A stretch of DNA of 63,778 nt, the filler included, from Choristocarpus tenellus KU-1152 (taxonomy: Eukaryota; Protista; Phaeophyceae): the NCBI GenBank assembly GCA_964200185.2. It is 9 parts of 9 records of this genome, joined end to end, with 100 filler letters (N's around TTAATTAATTAA, not from the genome) between each part and the next. Parts side by side here need not be neighbours in the genome. Positions count along the whole stretch, not along the records: positions 22,313 to 25,834 come from CAXNAD020019472.1; positions 25,935 to 33,974 come from CAXNAD020005235.1; positions 34,075 to 41,558 come from CAXNAD020006084.1; 6 more parts are not named here. One strand, 5' to 3'. Numbering within the stretch: position 1 is the first letter of the stretch; each line of letters opens with the position of its first letter. Position numbers and translations under genes: made by a program. The notes under the pieces are model-generated. The model made no database searches, was not told the origin of the DNA, and saw only the letters and a list, made by a program, of their open reading frames with translations. Below, in pieces: positions 24,807 to 37,560 of this stretch.

Positions 24807-25807
24807 TCATTCATCACCCTTCTCCCACCAGTCGACCAGTTTGGGGTAGGCCGCAGTCAGTTGGTGCCATAGGTTAAGCATTGTCGAATATTTCGTGTTC
24901 CACTTTTTCACCTTAACAAGGCTCAGGAATACGGCCCTCTTTGCACGAAGGGCTTCGACATCCTCTACACGCAAAGTCCTCTTCACTTTCCCCACACCAC
25001 CACCCAGCGTATTGAGGATTTCCTCATGTACACAGCAGTGGTCTCCCTGTACGATGCTCTTAGTCGCCCTGCCGGCCTCCCTTTGTCTAAACCCGTGATA
25101 ATGTATGACCTGCCCGAGGATCTGCGTTTGCACCCGGTACTGGGCAGATGTTGGTTTGGTTGCCGAATGGAGGAGTTCCATCACACAGGCTTCCATGAAA
25201 CCTTCGGTTTTTCCCTTCACGATTGGACCACCAGAGTGGACCGATTGTGGTCTGGCACAGGGCTCACCACCGCACGTGGAACGGTTCCCCTCTTTGTCTT
25301 GGAGTGTGTCACCTACTCCCTCTGTGATGGGTAGATCTCTCTGATCCGTAGGATTGTCTGCTGAGGCTGGGTTAGCCTCGAACCTTGGGCGAGCAGAAGC
25401 AGAAATGTTGGTTAGGAAAGAAGTTGGCTGTTCGTTCTGCCTGTTTTTTCCACTAAGCTTCTCTACAGGTGTTACCCCTTCAAGGACTACTGCGGACTTC
25501 TTGTTCTTCTTCTTGTTGGCAAAGGTCAAGGTCTCACGAACTTTTGCTTTCTTCAAAGAAGGCCCGGCCCGTCTCTGCGAGAAGAAGAACCTGATTTCCT
25601 CTTACTTGCCATATTAGTTAGTGTAGCATGGGTGGAGCTTCCACTCCCCCTCCCAATGGCGTCATCCATATCTCTTCCATCTGTTAGTGTAGCATCGAGA
25701 GACTTGTCCCCGCAACTTGGCGGTCCTTTCTGCTTGTCACTTTCATCAAGCTTCTCCACGGGTGTGACCCCTTCAACAACCATTGCGGACTTCTTCTTCT
25801 TCTTCAT
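24807..25807 (-). pseudogene. Unknown, probably TE-associated ORF(s) with an internal duplication
   Basis: 249-aa and 84-aa ORFs in different frames share KKKxKKSAxVxEGVTPVEKL, a direct duplication about 290 bp apart. No domain recognised. Confidence 0.35.
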
Positions 25808-25813
25808 CTTCTT

Positions 25814-25834
25814 GACTCAAAGTATCTGGGGGGG
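25814..25834. mobile_element. MITE family B terminus at contig end
   Basis: gactcaaagtatctggggggg runs into the linker. Confidence 0.7.
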
Positions 25835-26049
25835 NNNNNNNNNNNNNNNNNNNNNNNNNNNNNNNNNNNNNNNNNNNNTTAATTAATTAANNNNNNNNNN
25901 NNNNNNNNNNNNNNNNNNNNNNNNNNNNNNNNNNGGGGGGGATGTACGTAAGAATGCACTCGACTACTTCAACTGGATCAATAAAAATAATTGGCGTTGG
26001 CAAACGGTAAAATAGACAAAACAAACAAAAAAAATCGTCGTAAAAAAAT

Positions 26050-27700
26050 AAATAATAATATACACGACTTTTAAGCGCTCTTCAACTGCAGACCTGCCTC
26101 ACAAGACCAATTACATGACAATTCCACAAGTGCCTGTACTCAGTGCAGCATTACATACAACTTCGTCGTGAATAACGCCAGATTTATGCCAACCAATGAA
26201 GTGTGCCATACTAGGCTCCATGATGTGTGTTGTTGAGGATTAGGGTTAAGGAATCATAAACTGCAAAGCACATTGCACACAGCACCCCCAGTTAAGTCAA
26301 GTCCAGATCTTGTTGCAGACAAACCATTAGGGGAAAGGGTGAGGCAGTCCCTTACACCAATAATTATATCAGGAATCCATCCATTTCAACATAGACTACT
26401 CCACAATGACCTCCCCTCTTCGTGGCACACCCATTCATGCTGCAGGATCAAGACATAGTATCATGACATAGTATAGTGTGATGACATAGTATCGCATTAG
26501 GACATAGTGTTTACTACACTCCCAAACAGAACAACAAAGATTCTACTAGTAAGTTCACAAGGTACAGCCAACTGCAATGAAGAAAAATGAAACACCATCA
26601 CGATGTAGATTCCACGCTGCCGTATAGATAAGCAGGGGAGGAGAGGGCAATCTACTACTATTGTATCCATGTGTCAGTTGAAAATAACCAGCCACATCAT
26701 ACTGTCAGGTATGAAAAAAGTGCATCAACACACACATGCTCACCTGTCAACAGCTATTATAATTGCGAGCTACTTCAATGAAACTTACCTAGTGTCGGTC
26801 AGCCACTCCAGTAGGGTTGTGTCAGTGAGCAAGGTGACCATACTCCTATGCATAACATGATACCACCCCAGGATATGCCCAATGACCATCAGGCATCAAC
26901 CATTGTTGTTGATAACACGACCAATAATGGTATTGAAAGTACATGCAGTAAAGGGCAGAGGGGAGTCACATTAAGGATGTTGCACAGCATCGGCGAATCC
27001 ATCACAGGAAAGGGTCAAACGAGGTAGGAATTAATAGACTTCATATTTCTGTTGTGCACAGGAAACTAACAAAAATGGAATGCGCTTCTCGCAGCATGTC
27101 GCTGACAACAGTGCATTTACTCCCGTCCTGAGAGGTACAGACAATTGTGAAATGCGTTGAATGAGGCCCAAACATAAAAGCTCCTGTTACAGGGAACACG
27201 AGAAGATGACCTATTAAGGACTCCTGGCGAGGCTGATAACTAGTGTAAGTATCTGTAAAACAACTTGAGATTGAGATCGTTCGTTGGATATTACAAAGGC
27301 CTTGTGAGGTTGGTCGATCCTGTATCCAGAGAAATATACTTGACCTTGCAAGGTCGTTTCCAGTAGTTGATTTCATAGGGACATTGGGCAGCACTCACCT
27401 TGGAAGTATCGTCATGATGCCACGCCTGTACACACCCCAACACACCCCACAAATTCCTGAATACATAATGGATGGTAGAAACAAGCAAATGGGCGGAGAA
27501 ATTGGTCGGCGTATCAGATGGCAATACACGGTAGGTTGTAAATCTAAAAAATCGCCCCCCCCGTCGCTGATACATTGCAAATACGGTGCTCACCTACTAG
27601 GATGACCATGAGGCAAACCAGCACTGGCCCAGAGACGATTGCATACACCAAGCAAACTGTCCCGGCAGCTGTTGTAACTGCTGACAACTGAAGTGTGCAA
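26050..27700 (-). mobile_element. Highly degenerate Ty3/gypsy pol relic (RNase H then integrase)
   Basis: CLMVIGHILGWYHVMHRSMVTLLTDTTLLEW (~26800-26900) resembles the RNase H E.LA....TDH..L.W motif. IPDIIIGVRDCLT (~26340-26380) resembles the integrase HGxPxxIxSDRD motif. RH before INT is the gypsy order. Confidence 0.55.
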
Positions 27701-28552
27701 CACAGTAGTCATGTTGGTTCAGATCGTGGTGTACTATTGTTTCACTACACTGTTGGAAGGTGAGCGAAAAGTAACGCCCAAAGAAGCAGCACGTAGGAAT
27801 ACCGCGCGAGGAAAAGGAAGACTTCGAAGGTTGTTGAGTTGCAAGTTAGCACTGCACATCAGCACATCACCTGTATCATCGTTTCTGGTGGTGGGAGAGT
27901 TGATGAGTCCAGCGACCTGACCAATCGCACTAAATTGCGGTAGATCTTGGGGGGGAAGCCATAGCTACCCATCACTGCGTCAGAACCCCCCTCTCCTAGT
28001 CTATACGTGGACCTCGTCGACAACCTGTCCCTTCCCCCCATTCGACGCGGTTTTAAGGGTTGAATCTCCACCCCTTGCCTCCGTCGAAAATGAGAGAGGC
28101 CCCGAAGCAATGTGTTTTATACAGCAATCGATACGACGTAATGCTTCTTAGTGTAAGAGCTGAATACTTCACCCGTACCTGGGCGATACCTCCTCCCCAG
28201 TCGTAAGAATGAGGAAAGGGATTCACAACTCTCAACTTGTGACGAAATACTTCAAATACTTGTTTTACAAATCCCCCCTTACACCACCCTCACGTACGTA
28301 CGTCTTGTTTATGTTTCTTAGCCCTAACCCTTAGGTATTATTATGACGTTTGATATATTAGAGATGTGTGAGGGGAAAAGCCAGTCCAATATCACTAAGG
28401 ACCCTTGTAAAAGTAACAGTTATAAATTTTAGAAGATTCATCTCTCCAAAATCCATTTATCATTTGTTTTTGTCACGAATTCTGGATTATTATTATTTTA
28501 TTCTATGTTTGCATTCCACCCATGCCCCTCCTCCCCATTATACCACCACTTG

Positions 28553-28895
28553 TGACCAACCAGTGCGAACCCCTTCGCCACTGATTATTCAGTCACCTCC
28601 ACCCCCTGCAATGACCAACCAATGCGAACCCCTTTCACACTTGATTTCCAGCAGGCACCTACCTCTGATGACCAACCAGTGTGAACCCCCTTCGCCACTG
28701 ATTTCCAGTCACCCCCCCCCATGCGATGACCAGCCAATGCTTTCGCCATTGATTTCCAGTCACTGCCCACCTCCAATATGACCAACCAATAATCAATAAT
28801 GTGAAACTCCCTTCACCACTGATTTCCAGTCACCCCCCACATCTGATGACCAACCAGTGCAACCCCTTCGCCACTGATTTCCAGTCACCACCCCA
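28553..28895. repeat. Minisatellite, 6 units of ~52-68 bp
   Basis: Core tgaccaaccagtgcgaaccccttcgccactgatttccagtcacc starts at 28553, 28612, 28669, 28727, 28779 and 28847. Confidence 0.9.
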
Positions 28896-29808
28896 CCCTT
28901 CAACCCCACTCAAACCCACACCAGTTACTACTCCACTCAACCTCACAACATTTACCACTCCCCCATACCACTCAACACCACTCCACAATCATCCAAGAAA
29001 ACACCCCTTCATGATCCACTTCATACCGTGCCTTTGAACAAGAAGACATCTACCCCGCCCGAACTTAAGCAAGCAAAAGGGTGGGTGGGCAGGAAAGCTT
29101 GCTCGGAGGTTGTCTTGTTCTAGCCCCTCCTCGTCTTGTACCACCAGCCCTCGGTTTCCTTTATATACTGACCATTCCTTCCTAACTAGTGCCTCCACCT
29201 ACCAACCACTTCTTTAACTTCTCTCCTGCCTCTTCCACCGCCTAATCCCTCAGTACTTACCTAACTCTTCGTTCACCCCTTGCCTACTTTTTCTTTTCCT
29301 TCCTCACCTCTCCCTCCCTGTACCACATTACCATCAGAATTCTTCCCCTCACAAAACTATGATTACTTCATAAACCTTCCCTTGTGTAGAAACATACCTT
29401 GTGAGAGAGTTTCTAATATTGATAGCGGAAATTGGTTTTTGTTCAAGATGTGACCAGATGATGTTTTGTTACAGGTGAGTAGCGCGAGTATTTCTTCCTT
29501 CACTTTGACCGGCGCGAGCAGTGCACACGCATGGGGAAGAGTTTTGGGGGAACTCCTTTTGCTAAAAAATTGTAGAATGAAATATGTAACTCGGGAAAGT
29601 CGCAAGGGTTCTCAGATACATTCCAATGTTAGTAAACCAAAGAAGTCCTAATGGTAAATGATGATAAGAGATCCTAAAAACGGCTCCAAATAATGCCTCT
29701 GTTCGAGTTAGAACAACATAGCTCACTCTTAACTGATACCAATATACATTTCATATGCTGATTGATTCATTGAGAGTACCCCTGTTCTGCTGGGCTGACG
29801 TTTGTTGA

Positions 29809-29985
29809 CCTGTGGATTGGACTCCTTTGGCAGTCAGAGTATCCTGGGAGCTTTGTACGAGCATGGGTGTCATCTATACACCCGTGGATTGGAACTGCAC
29901 ATCCTGTGGAGGATCCTGGGAGCTCTGTATGAACATCGGCGTCATCTATAGGTCTGTGGATTGGAGCTACACATCTGGTGGAGGT
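29809..29985. repeat. 72-bp tandem repeat (~2.5 units)
   Basis: gtggattgga at 29812, 29884 and 29956; atcctgggagct..gtcatctata is also repeated. Confidence 0.85.
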
Positions 29986-30639
29986 AAGTTTCTGGAGCGT
30001 GCCTGTAACATGGAGGTCCTACCGAGACTTCCACGCTGTAACAGTTTTCCCTGACACATCTGCAGATGTTAGGAGGGAAAAATATCAAAAAATGGGAGAG
30101 GTGTGTGTAGTATGATTGGTAGTTCAATAGTAAATTGATTTTGGAGAGATATCTTTCACATTTACAAGTGTTACTTTTAGAGGGTCCTTTTGATATTGAA
30201 TTGACTTTTTCCCTCACATATCTGCAATATATCATACACCATAAGAATATATAATATGGATGGATGGATGGATGGTTCAAGATTGAACTTGAGTAACGAA
30301 ACGAAAAGGGATAGAGTGAGTTCGGGTTAGTATGAAGGAAGGTATAAGGGAATATTTTTGTGGGGTATCCTTTACGTTGACGATGCCGGCAAATGTCTCC
30401 AAGATCCAAGGGAGGTTCAGGTAGAACGATGGCAGTACTTGTGAAGATGGTCAGATCATTCGGTCTGAATGTATCTACATTGAAGACGGAGACTATGTGC
30501 TCCTAATCAGGATGCCGAAACCATGTAGATTCAGGAATTGGGGCAGACCTGTGTAGATTGATCAATTCGTTTACCTTGGGAGAACAATCTGTGACGATGA
30601 TGCTATTACTGCTGAGATCAACTGGAGGTTCCAGAAAGG

Positions 30640-30800
30640 TAGGTTGGACTTGTTTCCGCAAATACGACCAACTTATTTATGACATGACCTCAGGTGTCTC
30701 ACTTGAGCCTAAAAGATTCTAATGCTCAAAGCCGAAAATACTTCAGCTTCGATTATATGGTTGTATGGCTTGGATACACCATCACGTTCACTATCTGAAG
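30640..30800 (+). mobile_element. Copia integrase C-terminal relic
   Basis: KPKILQLRLYGCMAWIH resembles KPxxxxLRVFGCxAYVH. Confidence 0.5.
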
Positions 30801-32269
30801 CTCCACTCACATCACCACAAACTCCTCCTCCACTACATAGGTTTCGAAAGCAGGAACGCACCCATCATGTCCTATTATCGCAAAAAAAATACTCTTAAAT
30901 ATTGATGTTGCCGATGGAAAACGAAAACAATATCGACAGGTTAAGAAACAATGGACATGTCTCTCTAAGACGACGTTGACAACTTTGGGATTGGGCCCGA
31001 AGTATGAGAATCGCAAACCAATAGGAGCGGTATGTGTGTGTGTTGCTACTGCCACAACAAGGTTCATATGGACGAATGCCATTCCAAGGAAGCTATGATA
31101 ATTCTTGTAACGTCACACCAAAGCAACAGTTAGTTGATGTCTGTCAAGCCAACAACACCACCTTCAATATTTGCCTGATAGATGTGCTTCTTTGCGGATT
31201 TACTCACTTGCATCATTTATTTGTTCATCTCTTTCTTCTCTTCCCTTTCCATTTTTGGGTGATAGTATTTTCTTCTGTGGGTTCTCTTCTTCCTTTTCCC
31301 TTTCTTTGCTTTATTCTATCTCTTCTTTCTATGAACTGTTTTGGTTTGCTTTCATGATCCTTCGTGACTTTTATCGAAGAGTTTATATTCCCTCCTTTCA
31401 AATGTTTTCTCCTGTTATCCCTCCCAGTGATGACGTCAATACCAGCAATAATAATAATTGGCAATAATAATAGCAAAAACCATAAGAAATATAGCTATGA
31501 GAATAATAAACAATAAAAAGAAAAATAACCCTCTATCTCTGGGATTTTGTTTTCTGTTCTGACTGGTCCCAACCAACACACGCCCAGCATGCCTCAGTCT
31601 CATCTCTCACTTCGTTTCTGAATCTCATGTCTGGTGGGTCTAATCACCCCCCATCACAAAGAACCTGGCCCCATTACAGTGGTATTCACACCTATCTGTG
31701 GGGGGTCACCAGCCTTTGCTGGTTTGAATCCACCATTCATGTCGCGGTTACGGCGACCAGGTCGTGCGTCTGACCCACAGGGTTGGCTTTAATGCCAAAA
31801 GGTGGCGTGCGCAAATGTGTATGACTGCGCACGTTATCCTCATCGATGTCTGGAGATCCCAAAAAAGAATTTATCCCTAACAATAATAATAATAGTACTC
31901 AAAGTAGTGGATAAAAAGTAGAAAAAATATAGCAATAATAATAGTAGTAATATATTTAGAAGTTTTCAAAATGCTATAGCAGTAGTTCGAAGTATTGTTA
32001 AATTAATACAACTGTATATTTTCATCCTTCCAATCACATTTCCAACACGTTGCCACATGGAAAAAAAGAAATATAAGTATAAAGAAAATTACAAACACAA
32101 CAGGAATAGAATCTATAAAAGAAACACCAGGTAAGTAAGCAATGTAGCAAACACACAAGAATGGAGGTACATCAATTACACCATCAAGACCTATATAGTA
32201 TTTGGAAAACAATTGACAATATGAAGGTACACTCTCTTCACTTTCTTCAGTCTGCTGGACTGAACACTA

Positions 32270-32500
32270 TCCCGACCTGTCTGTGGTCAAAGACACTGCA
32301 CACTACACTGTCATAAAATATAAAGTAACTATTGGAAAACAACTGATTGTACTAGGAACTTACGATTGGAAACTAGAGCAAGATGGACATGAGAAGGACT
32401 GAAGGATGTGCCTACAAGACGACCTTGTGAAGTTTGAGATTACAGTTGATTGACAGAGCATAAGGGCAACTACCCAATAGAAGAAGTGGCATGAGCATGT
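32270..32500 (+). mobile_element. RTE LINE 3' relic
   Basis: gatggacatgagaag..caagacgaccttgtgaagtttg is homologous to 12470-12525. Confidence 0.6.
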
Positions 32501-33757
32501 GCCGCTGATGTCACAACGAGCTTCTATAGTGAGTGTCATTCCAAGGAAGCTGTGATTGTTGGTGTACATCATTGTAAACCAGGAGATACAGTAGTAGCCT
32601 GAGCAAACAATGCCACCGACACCACTGTCCGCCAAATGCTCCCTTCTCATTGTATTATCTCTTCTTGGTTTGATCTTCCTTGTGTCCCTCTATTTTCCCT
32701 GTTCCTTTTCCTTCATGTCACATGGGATGAGGGATGTTTCTTCAGCCTTGATGGACCTGATGTTTCTTGAGCTTCTGTAGGATTTGGTGGATCATTCAAT
32801 TGGTGGCAATCTTTCTTTTCCACTATGTTCTTGTCTTTTTCCCTTATTATTGTACTCCTTTTTCCTTTTTTCTTTGTAGTACTTGATTTATGAAGGGAGT
32901 GTGCATTACAATCTACTTGGACAAGGTCAAGCCGGCCCCATCTTACCGCTATTAGCAGTACAACGTCCGAGTTTGATGCAGAGAACATGAACAGCCACCA
33001 TGAATCACTGAACCTTAAGGACGTTTAGTAGATGCCTGGGTAGTGCCGTTGTCAGACCCTAAATTGACAACAGCAAGCTGCATCATGTCTTCAACAAAAT
33101 ATTTTTTATCAATTTATTATTTCAATCGTAGAGATTTCTCACACACACCTCTGCGAAATGTCAGAAGGTATAATAAAATGTATTAGAGCTTACAGATCCT
33201 ACCCTGTTTAATCTCTGTTTATACATCTAAAACTAATAGTTATTCAATCGAGCTGAGGTCCAAAACATGAGCTTAATCATTAATCCATCTTCATCTTGTG
33301 AATCTCCTTTGAGGTCAACATCACCCACATCAGAGAGGTACCAGGAATCGTTGGAGCTTGGTTGCAGCTTGTGACCTTGCTCACATCCTGTCCAACATAT
33401 TTTCGCTGCAGTGGTAACCAAACCAGCAATGAGGATCAACACAGACCTGGCCATCTCCGAACACATTGTCACCAATGTGGAGCGACAAAAAAACATCAGG
33501 TCAGAGGGGGAGGAAGAATAGGGAGTGGGGTAATACTTAAGCTGCACCTGTAGGGAATGCTTCATGCTGACGATGTGAGCATTGAGTCTCTTAAGGCTTA
33601 CAAAAAATCTCCAGGATGACGATAGTAGTGGAGAAGGTGGCTAGAACATTCGGACTGACTTTGTTTTGAAGACGGAAGACATGTAACTTTGACCACCCAA
33701 CACGGCTGCGGACATTATTCAGATCCAGGCTTCGGGCTAGATCGACGAACATGCTGA

Positions 33758-33930
33758 GGCTCAGAGTATCTGGGGGGGCCGGCTGTCCATTTGGGGTCAA
33801 ATTTTTCATGTCGCGATTTTTGGGTGATTTGGTTGCATACGTGGGATGGATAATGTAAATGCACTTTTCCTGATTTTGATCCAAATGGACACCCTGGTGT
33901 AGATCTTCCCCCCCCCCCCCCCCCCCCCAC
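33758..33930 (+). mobile_element. MITE family B near contig end
   Basis: ggctcagagtatctgggggggccggctgtccatttgggg ... ccaaatggacaccctggtgtagatctt-polyC. Confidence 0.8.
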
Positions 33931-34646
33931 TTTTGTTCTGGGGGGGGGGGGTACTGAGGGTGGGGGGGGTGGGGNNNNNNNNNNNNNNNNNNNNNNNNNN
34001 NNNNNNNNNNNNNNNNNNTTAATTAATTAANNNNNNNNNNNNNNNNNNNNNNNNNNNNNNNNNNNNNNNNNNNNTTTATTTATTATTTTTGTGCTTTTAT
34101 TGTAATTAGAGAGGCTGGGGTTGGTTTAGACCAAGTTGTCCATTTGAGGCTTGGTGGGGTTTCCAAGATAACCCTGTTTGATGCTCATTTCGCTGGTGAC
34201 TTTCTTCTAGGTTTGGTCTAGTCAGGGGGGTGGGAAAGAAGGGTGTGTTAAAAGATGAAAGGAATTGCTCTTACATCTGATACGTTCACTAATATGACAT
34301 GAAATCACTACAGGGTGACACAGGCCCTGAATGGGCCACTGCCCCTCCCTCTAGGGTACTATGGGCCATCCCTTCGATGACATGGTGAACAGAATCAAAG
34401 TCTTATGGTGATGAGCTTAGCAAGTCCAGAGAATACCTAACTGCAGACAGACAGAGGTGTGACTTTTACCAGGACGGCTGTTCTATTTTTACACCGAGAC
34501 GCATCTGTAACTCACAACAAAACTACACGGAATTCAATTTTCAAGCGCAAAGAACGCTGGAGGGGATAGTTCAATGTTGTGGGCGGGAGGAAGAAGAAAT
34601 AACAGAACTGTTTTGTCGCATTGACTTCAAATATCAGAGTACAGTA

Positions 34647-34903
34647 GAGTGAAACTAACTTAGAGGGTACGAGTTTTTCCCTGTTTGTCCATTTGGGTCT
34701 TGGCTTCCCACGGGTTTTGAATAACATACTACCTACTCCAAATTTTTTCGAAGGAAGTAAATGTATACGTTATGAAAAGGTGTGTCCGGAACAAGGACAT
34801 TGACATCTCCTAACAAACTTGATAGCCAAAATTTTATAAAAACTTCAACATTGGATTTTGCCCGAAAATGGACGTAACTCTATCCTCTAAGATACTTTGA
34901 CTC
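34647..34903 (-). mobile_element. MITE family A
   Basis: GAGTGAAACTAACTTAGAGGGTAC ... CCTCTAAGATACTTTGACTC. Confidence 0.88.
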
Positions 34904-35689
34904 TAACTCAGTAAGCGCAAGAAGCACAAGTGCCTGATCCAATGACACCAAGGAAGGGGTCCTTATTCATGGTATTAGAGTAGCGACTGAAATCGGGAAT
35001 GACCGAAAATCATCTTGTCTAAGGCTTGTAGCCTTTTGAAATCTGGAACAGTGTGTCTCAGTGAAGTTCCGCTGGGTGTGGGTACTAAATGGATGATCAG
35101 ACCAAAGGAAATGACCTAGCAACACCCTGCTGAGTGTGCTGCTTATGTGGTTGATCCGACTCCAATGAGCAGGCTTATGAATGTTGGCGTGTTTGACCAG
35201 GCACGAAAGAAAAAATAATGGTCTCTTTTAGGAACGTTGAGTATATTGATACATTATATTGAGCATATTGATATGACTCGTGAAAAGGTGAGACTTTGGG
35301 TAATTACTTGGCTAAGAGAAGTCACAAAAAGGAGAAGGAAGTTGTGTCAGCAGCGGTGGCTACTGCCTAGCTATCCATGGTGATGCGCCTAGGCAACAGT
35401 CGTGTTGCTGATAATGCTCCTGAGAAGTTATTTGGATGCATGTCTCCTTGTTTGCACAAGGAAGACCATCATACTTAACAAGAAAAAAAACACTTGAAAT
35501 ATGCTGCGCCTGCGTGAACTGGTGGTTCAATTTCTCTATCGGTTGGTTAGTTGTTTCACTGAGCGAGCTGCTTCCATTGATGCTGCAGATGGGTTAGTCT
35601 AATACTGTACTATTGCCAAGTGGTCCTATGTCCCAACAAATCATCGATCTTAGAGGGGGTGTTGTTAGGTATTAGGAGCCCCTACCACT

Positions 35690-36031
35690 GAGCCAAAGTA
35701 TCTTAGAGGGTAGAGCCGTGTCCATTTGGGGGTCTAAATACAATGTTGTGATTATGATGAAATTTTGGCTATTGTGTTTGTTAGGAAGTGTCAATATCTA
35801 TGTTTCGGACACACCTTTTCATAAGGTATACATTTTACCTGCTCCAAAACCTTTTGGAGTTGGAAGATGTCATAAAAAAACCCATGGGAAGTCAAGCCCC
35901 ACAAATGTATACATTTTACCTACTCCGAAACATTTTGGAGTGGGAAAATGTCATAAAAAAATCCATGGGAAGCCAAGCCCCACAAATGGACAAACAGGGA
36001 AAAAATCGTACCCTCTAAGATAGTTTCACTC
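35690..36031 (+). mobile_element. MITE family A with an ~80-bp internal tandem duplication
   Basis: GAGCCAAAGTATCTTAGAGGGTA ... TACCCTCTAAGATAGTTTCACTC with act/act flanks. The segment gtatacattttacct..aagccccacaaat occurs twice. Confidence 0.9.
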
Positions 36032-36652
36032 ACTGCCTAATAGTGCATGTGCTTCTAGCAATCTTGACAGTAATTTTTGTGCATACATGTGGATGAGAGT
36101 CACATACGCAGCTATGATCACAGTATCCTAAGGAGAGTTAGGTGCGTTTGATGGGAAATGGGGTGACAGGCAAAAAGTAAAAAAGTATCAAAAAGGACCT
36201 CACTAGACTCCCCTCTAAGACAGGATGGCTAACAGTAGTGTAGGCTATTGAGTGACCAGCACATGCCACAAATTCCACTTGACCACACGGTCTGGATTGT
36301 TCTCTGGAAGTAAAGTGTGCTCTGAGTCAAACTAACTCTGAAAGGTGCATGCTTCGGCCGTTTTTTGATGTGAAGGGTTTAGAAACTTAGTTTTTTTTAA
36401 AAGACGATGAAGGCATTAAGAAAGGGGTGCCGATCAGGATATCTTGCTTCTGCAAATTTAATGTAGACAAAAAATCAACCATCTCACACCCCACAGCTAT
36501 GGACTTTGTGCTCAACGAATATAAGTCATCAGAGAAAGTCAGGGGGTCCCTTCAAACTCGGTAGCACCATTTCTCGCTTACTTTGACTCCTTTGCACCAT
36601 GTTTTATACTTGCAAAATACAAGGAATGCTTGAGCATACTACATACGTGATA

Positions 36653-37560
36653 CTCCCTCTGTCCCATAAGTCTGCGCCGTTAAGTTGTAGCTCTTCGGGA
36701 TGACCTCCGATTACAAAACGGACTTTTGCATTGAATTCCTTGGAATATGTTCCACTAGAAAACTAAAATATTGACGAATCATGTCAGCAATTCTGTTCTG
36801 AAAAGGTTACGAAATAATGGAACTCATATTGGGGCATATTCTTACCGTTTTTTTATGTTCCTGCTGGAGCGTGGAGCCACACAACACTCTCACAACCCCC
36901 ATGGTGAGCCCCCACAGACCTTCGTCCCCTTGCACGAAGTCCATCATCTCAAGGAAAGAACTGTGAGCTGACCAAGGAAGGTCTGACCGCACTTGCTCTG
37001 CGTTATGCATTGGCTCTTCCTCGGGGTCCCGAGAGGCTACCGAAGTACATTGTGTTGGGTAGAGGGATGTGGGGTCTACATTGGGTAAAGGGTTTGGAGT
37101 GGGAGAGAGACACCCTAGATGGTTGTGGGCATATGTCAAAGAACAGTTAGACAGGGAGAATATTGTCTCCCTGAAATCACATGCATGATCTGGATGACCA
37201 TCGGACTTTACACTACTGAAACAAGCGAAGATCCGGGAAATCAATGCCAGTAATCACACGCTGACGATCGAAAAATTTTCTGCCAAGCTCAACAACGCGG
37301 GCCTTGCAGTTGGCAACTCAAAGCTTCATTGCTGGCTCAAAGCCATGGACCAAAGAAAGGCAGTGAGAGGGTGCGTTGGCTAGATCAGTCGAAGTAGACC
37401 AAGTGGGCTTCGCGGCGGCCCTGGATTGGTGGGTTAACAGTTTAGCATAGTTTATTAATGTAAAATATACCAAGGAATTCAACGCAAAGGTCCGTTTTGT
37501 AATCGGAGGTCATCCCGAAGAGCTACAACTTAACGGCTCAGACTTATGGGACAGAGGGAG
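36653..37560 (+). mobile_element. Stowaway/mariner-like non-autonomous DNA transposon (~910 bp, ~100-120-bp TIRs)
   Basis: ta|CTCCCTCTGTCCCATAAGTCTG..ttgaattccttgg is inverted at ccaaggaattcaa..CAGACTTATGGGACAGAGGGAG. The internal remnant GVGERHPRWLWAYVKEQLDRENIVSLKSHA*SG*PS resembles a mariner N-terminal HTH plus GRP linker. Confidence 0.88.

Noticed and set aside
27899-28236. Solo LTR (gttgatgag...ctctcaac)
   Set aside because: Imperfect termini, no TSD and no second copy in the window.
28553-28895. CRISPR-like array or Pro-rich CDS (ORF 28368-28781)
   Set aside because: The inter-core segments are degenerate C-runs rather than spacers. Unit lengths are mostly not multiples of 3.
35718-36023. 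ORFs overlapping MITE A copies (also 12755-13213 and 34512-34727)
   Set aside because: Frames are not conserved between copies, so the element is non-coding.
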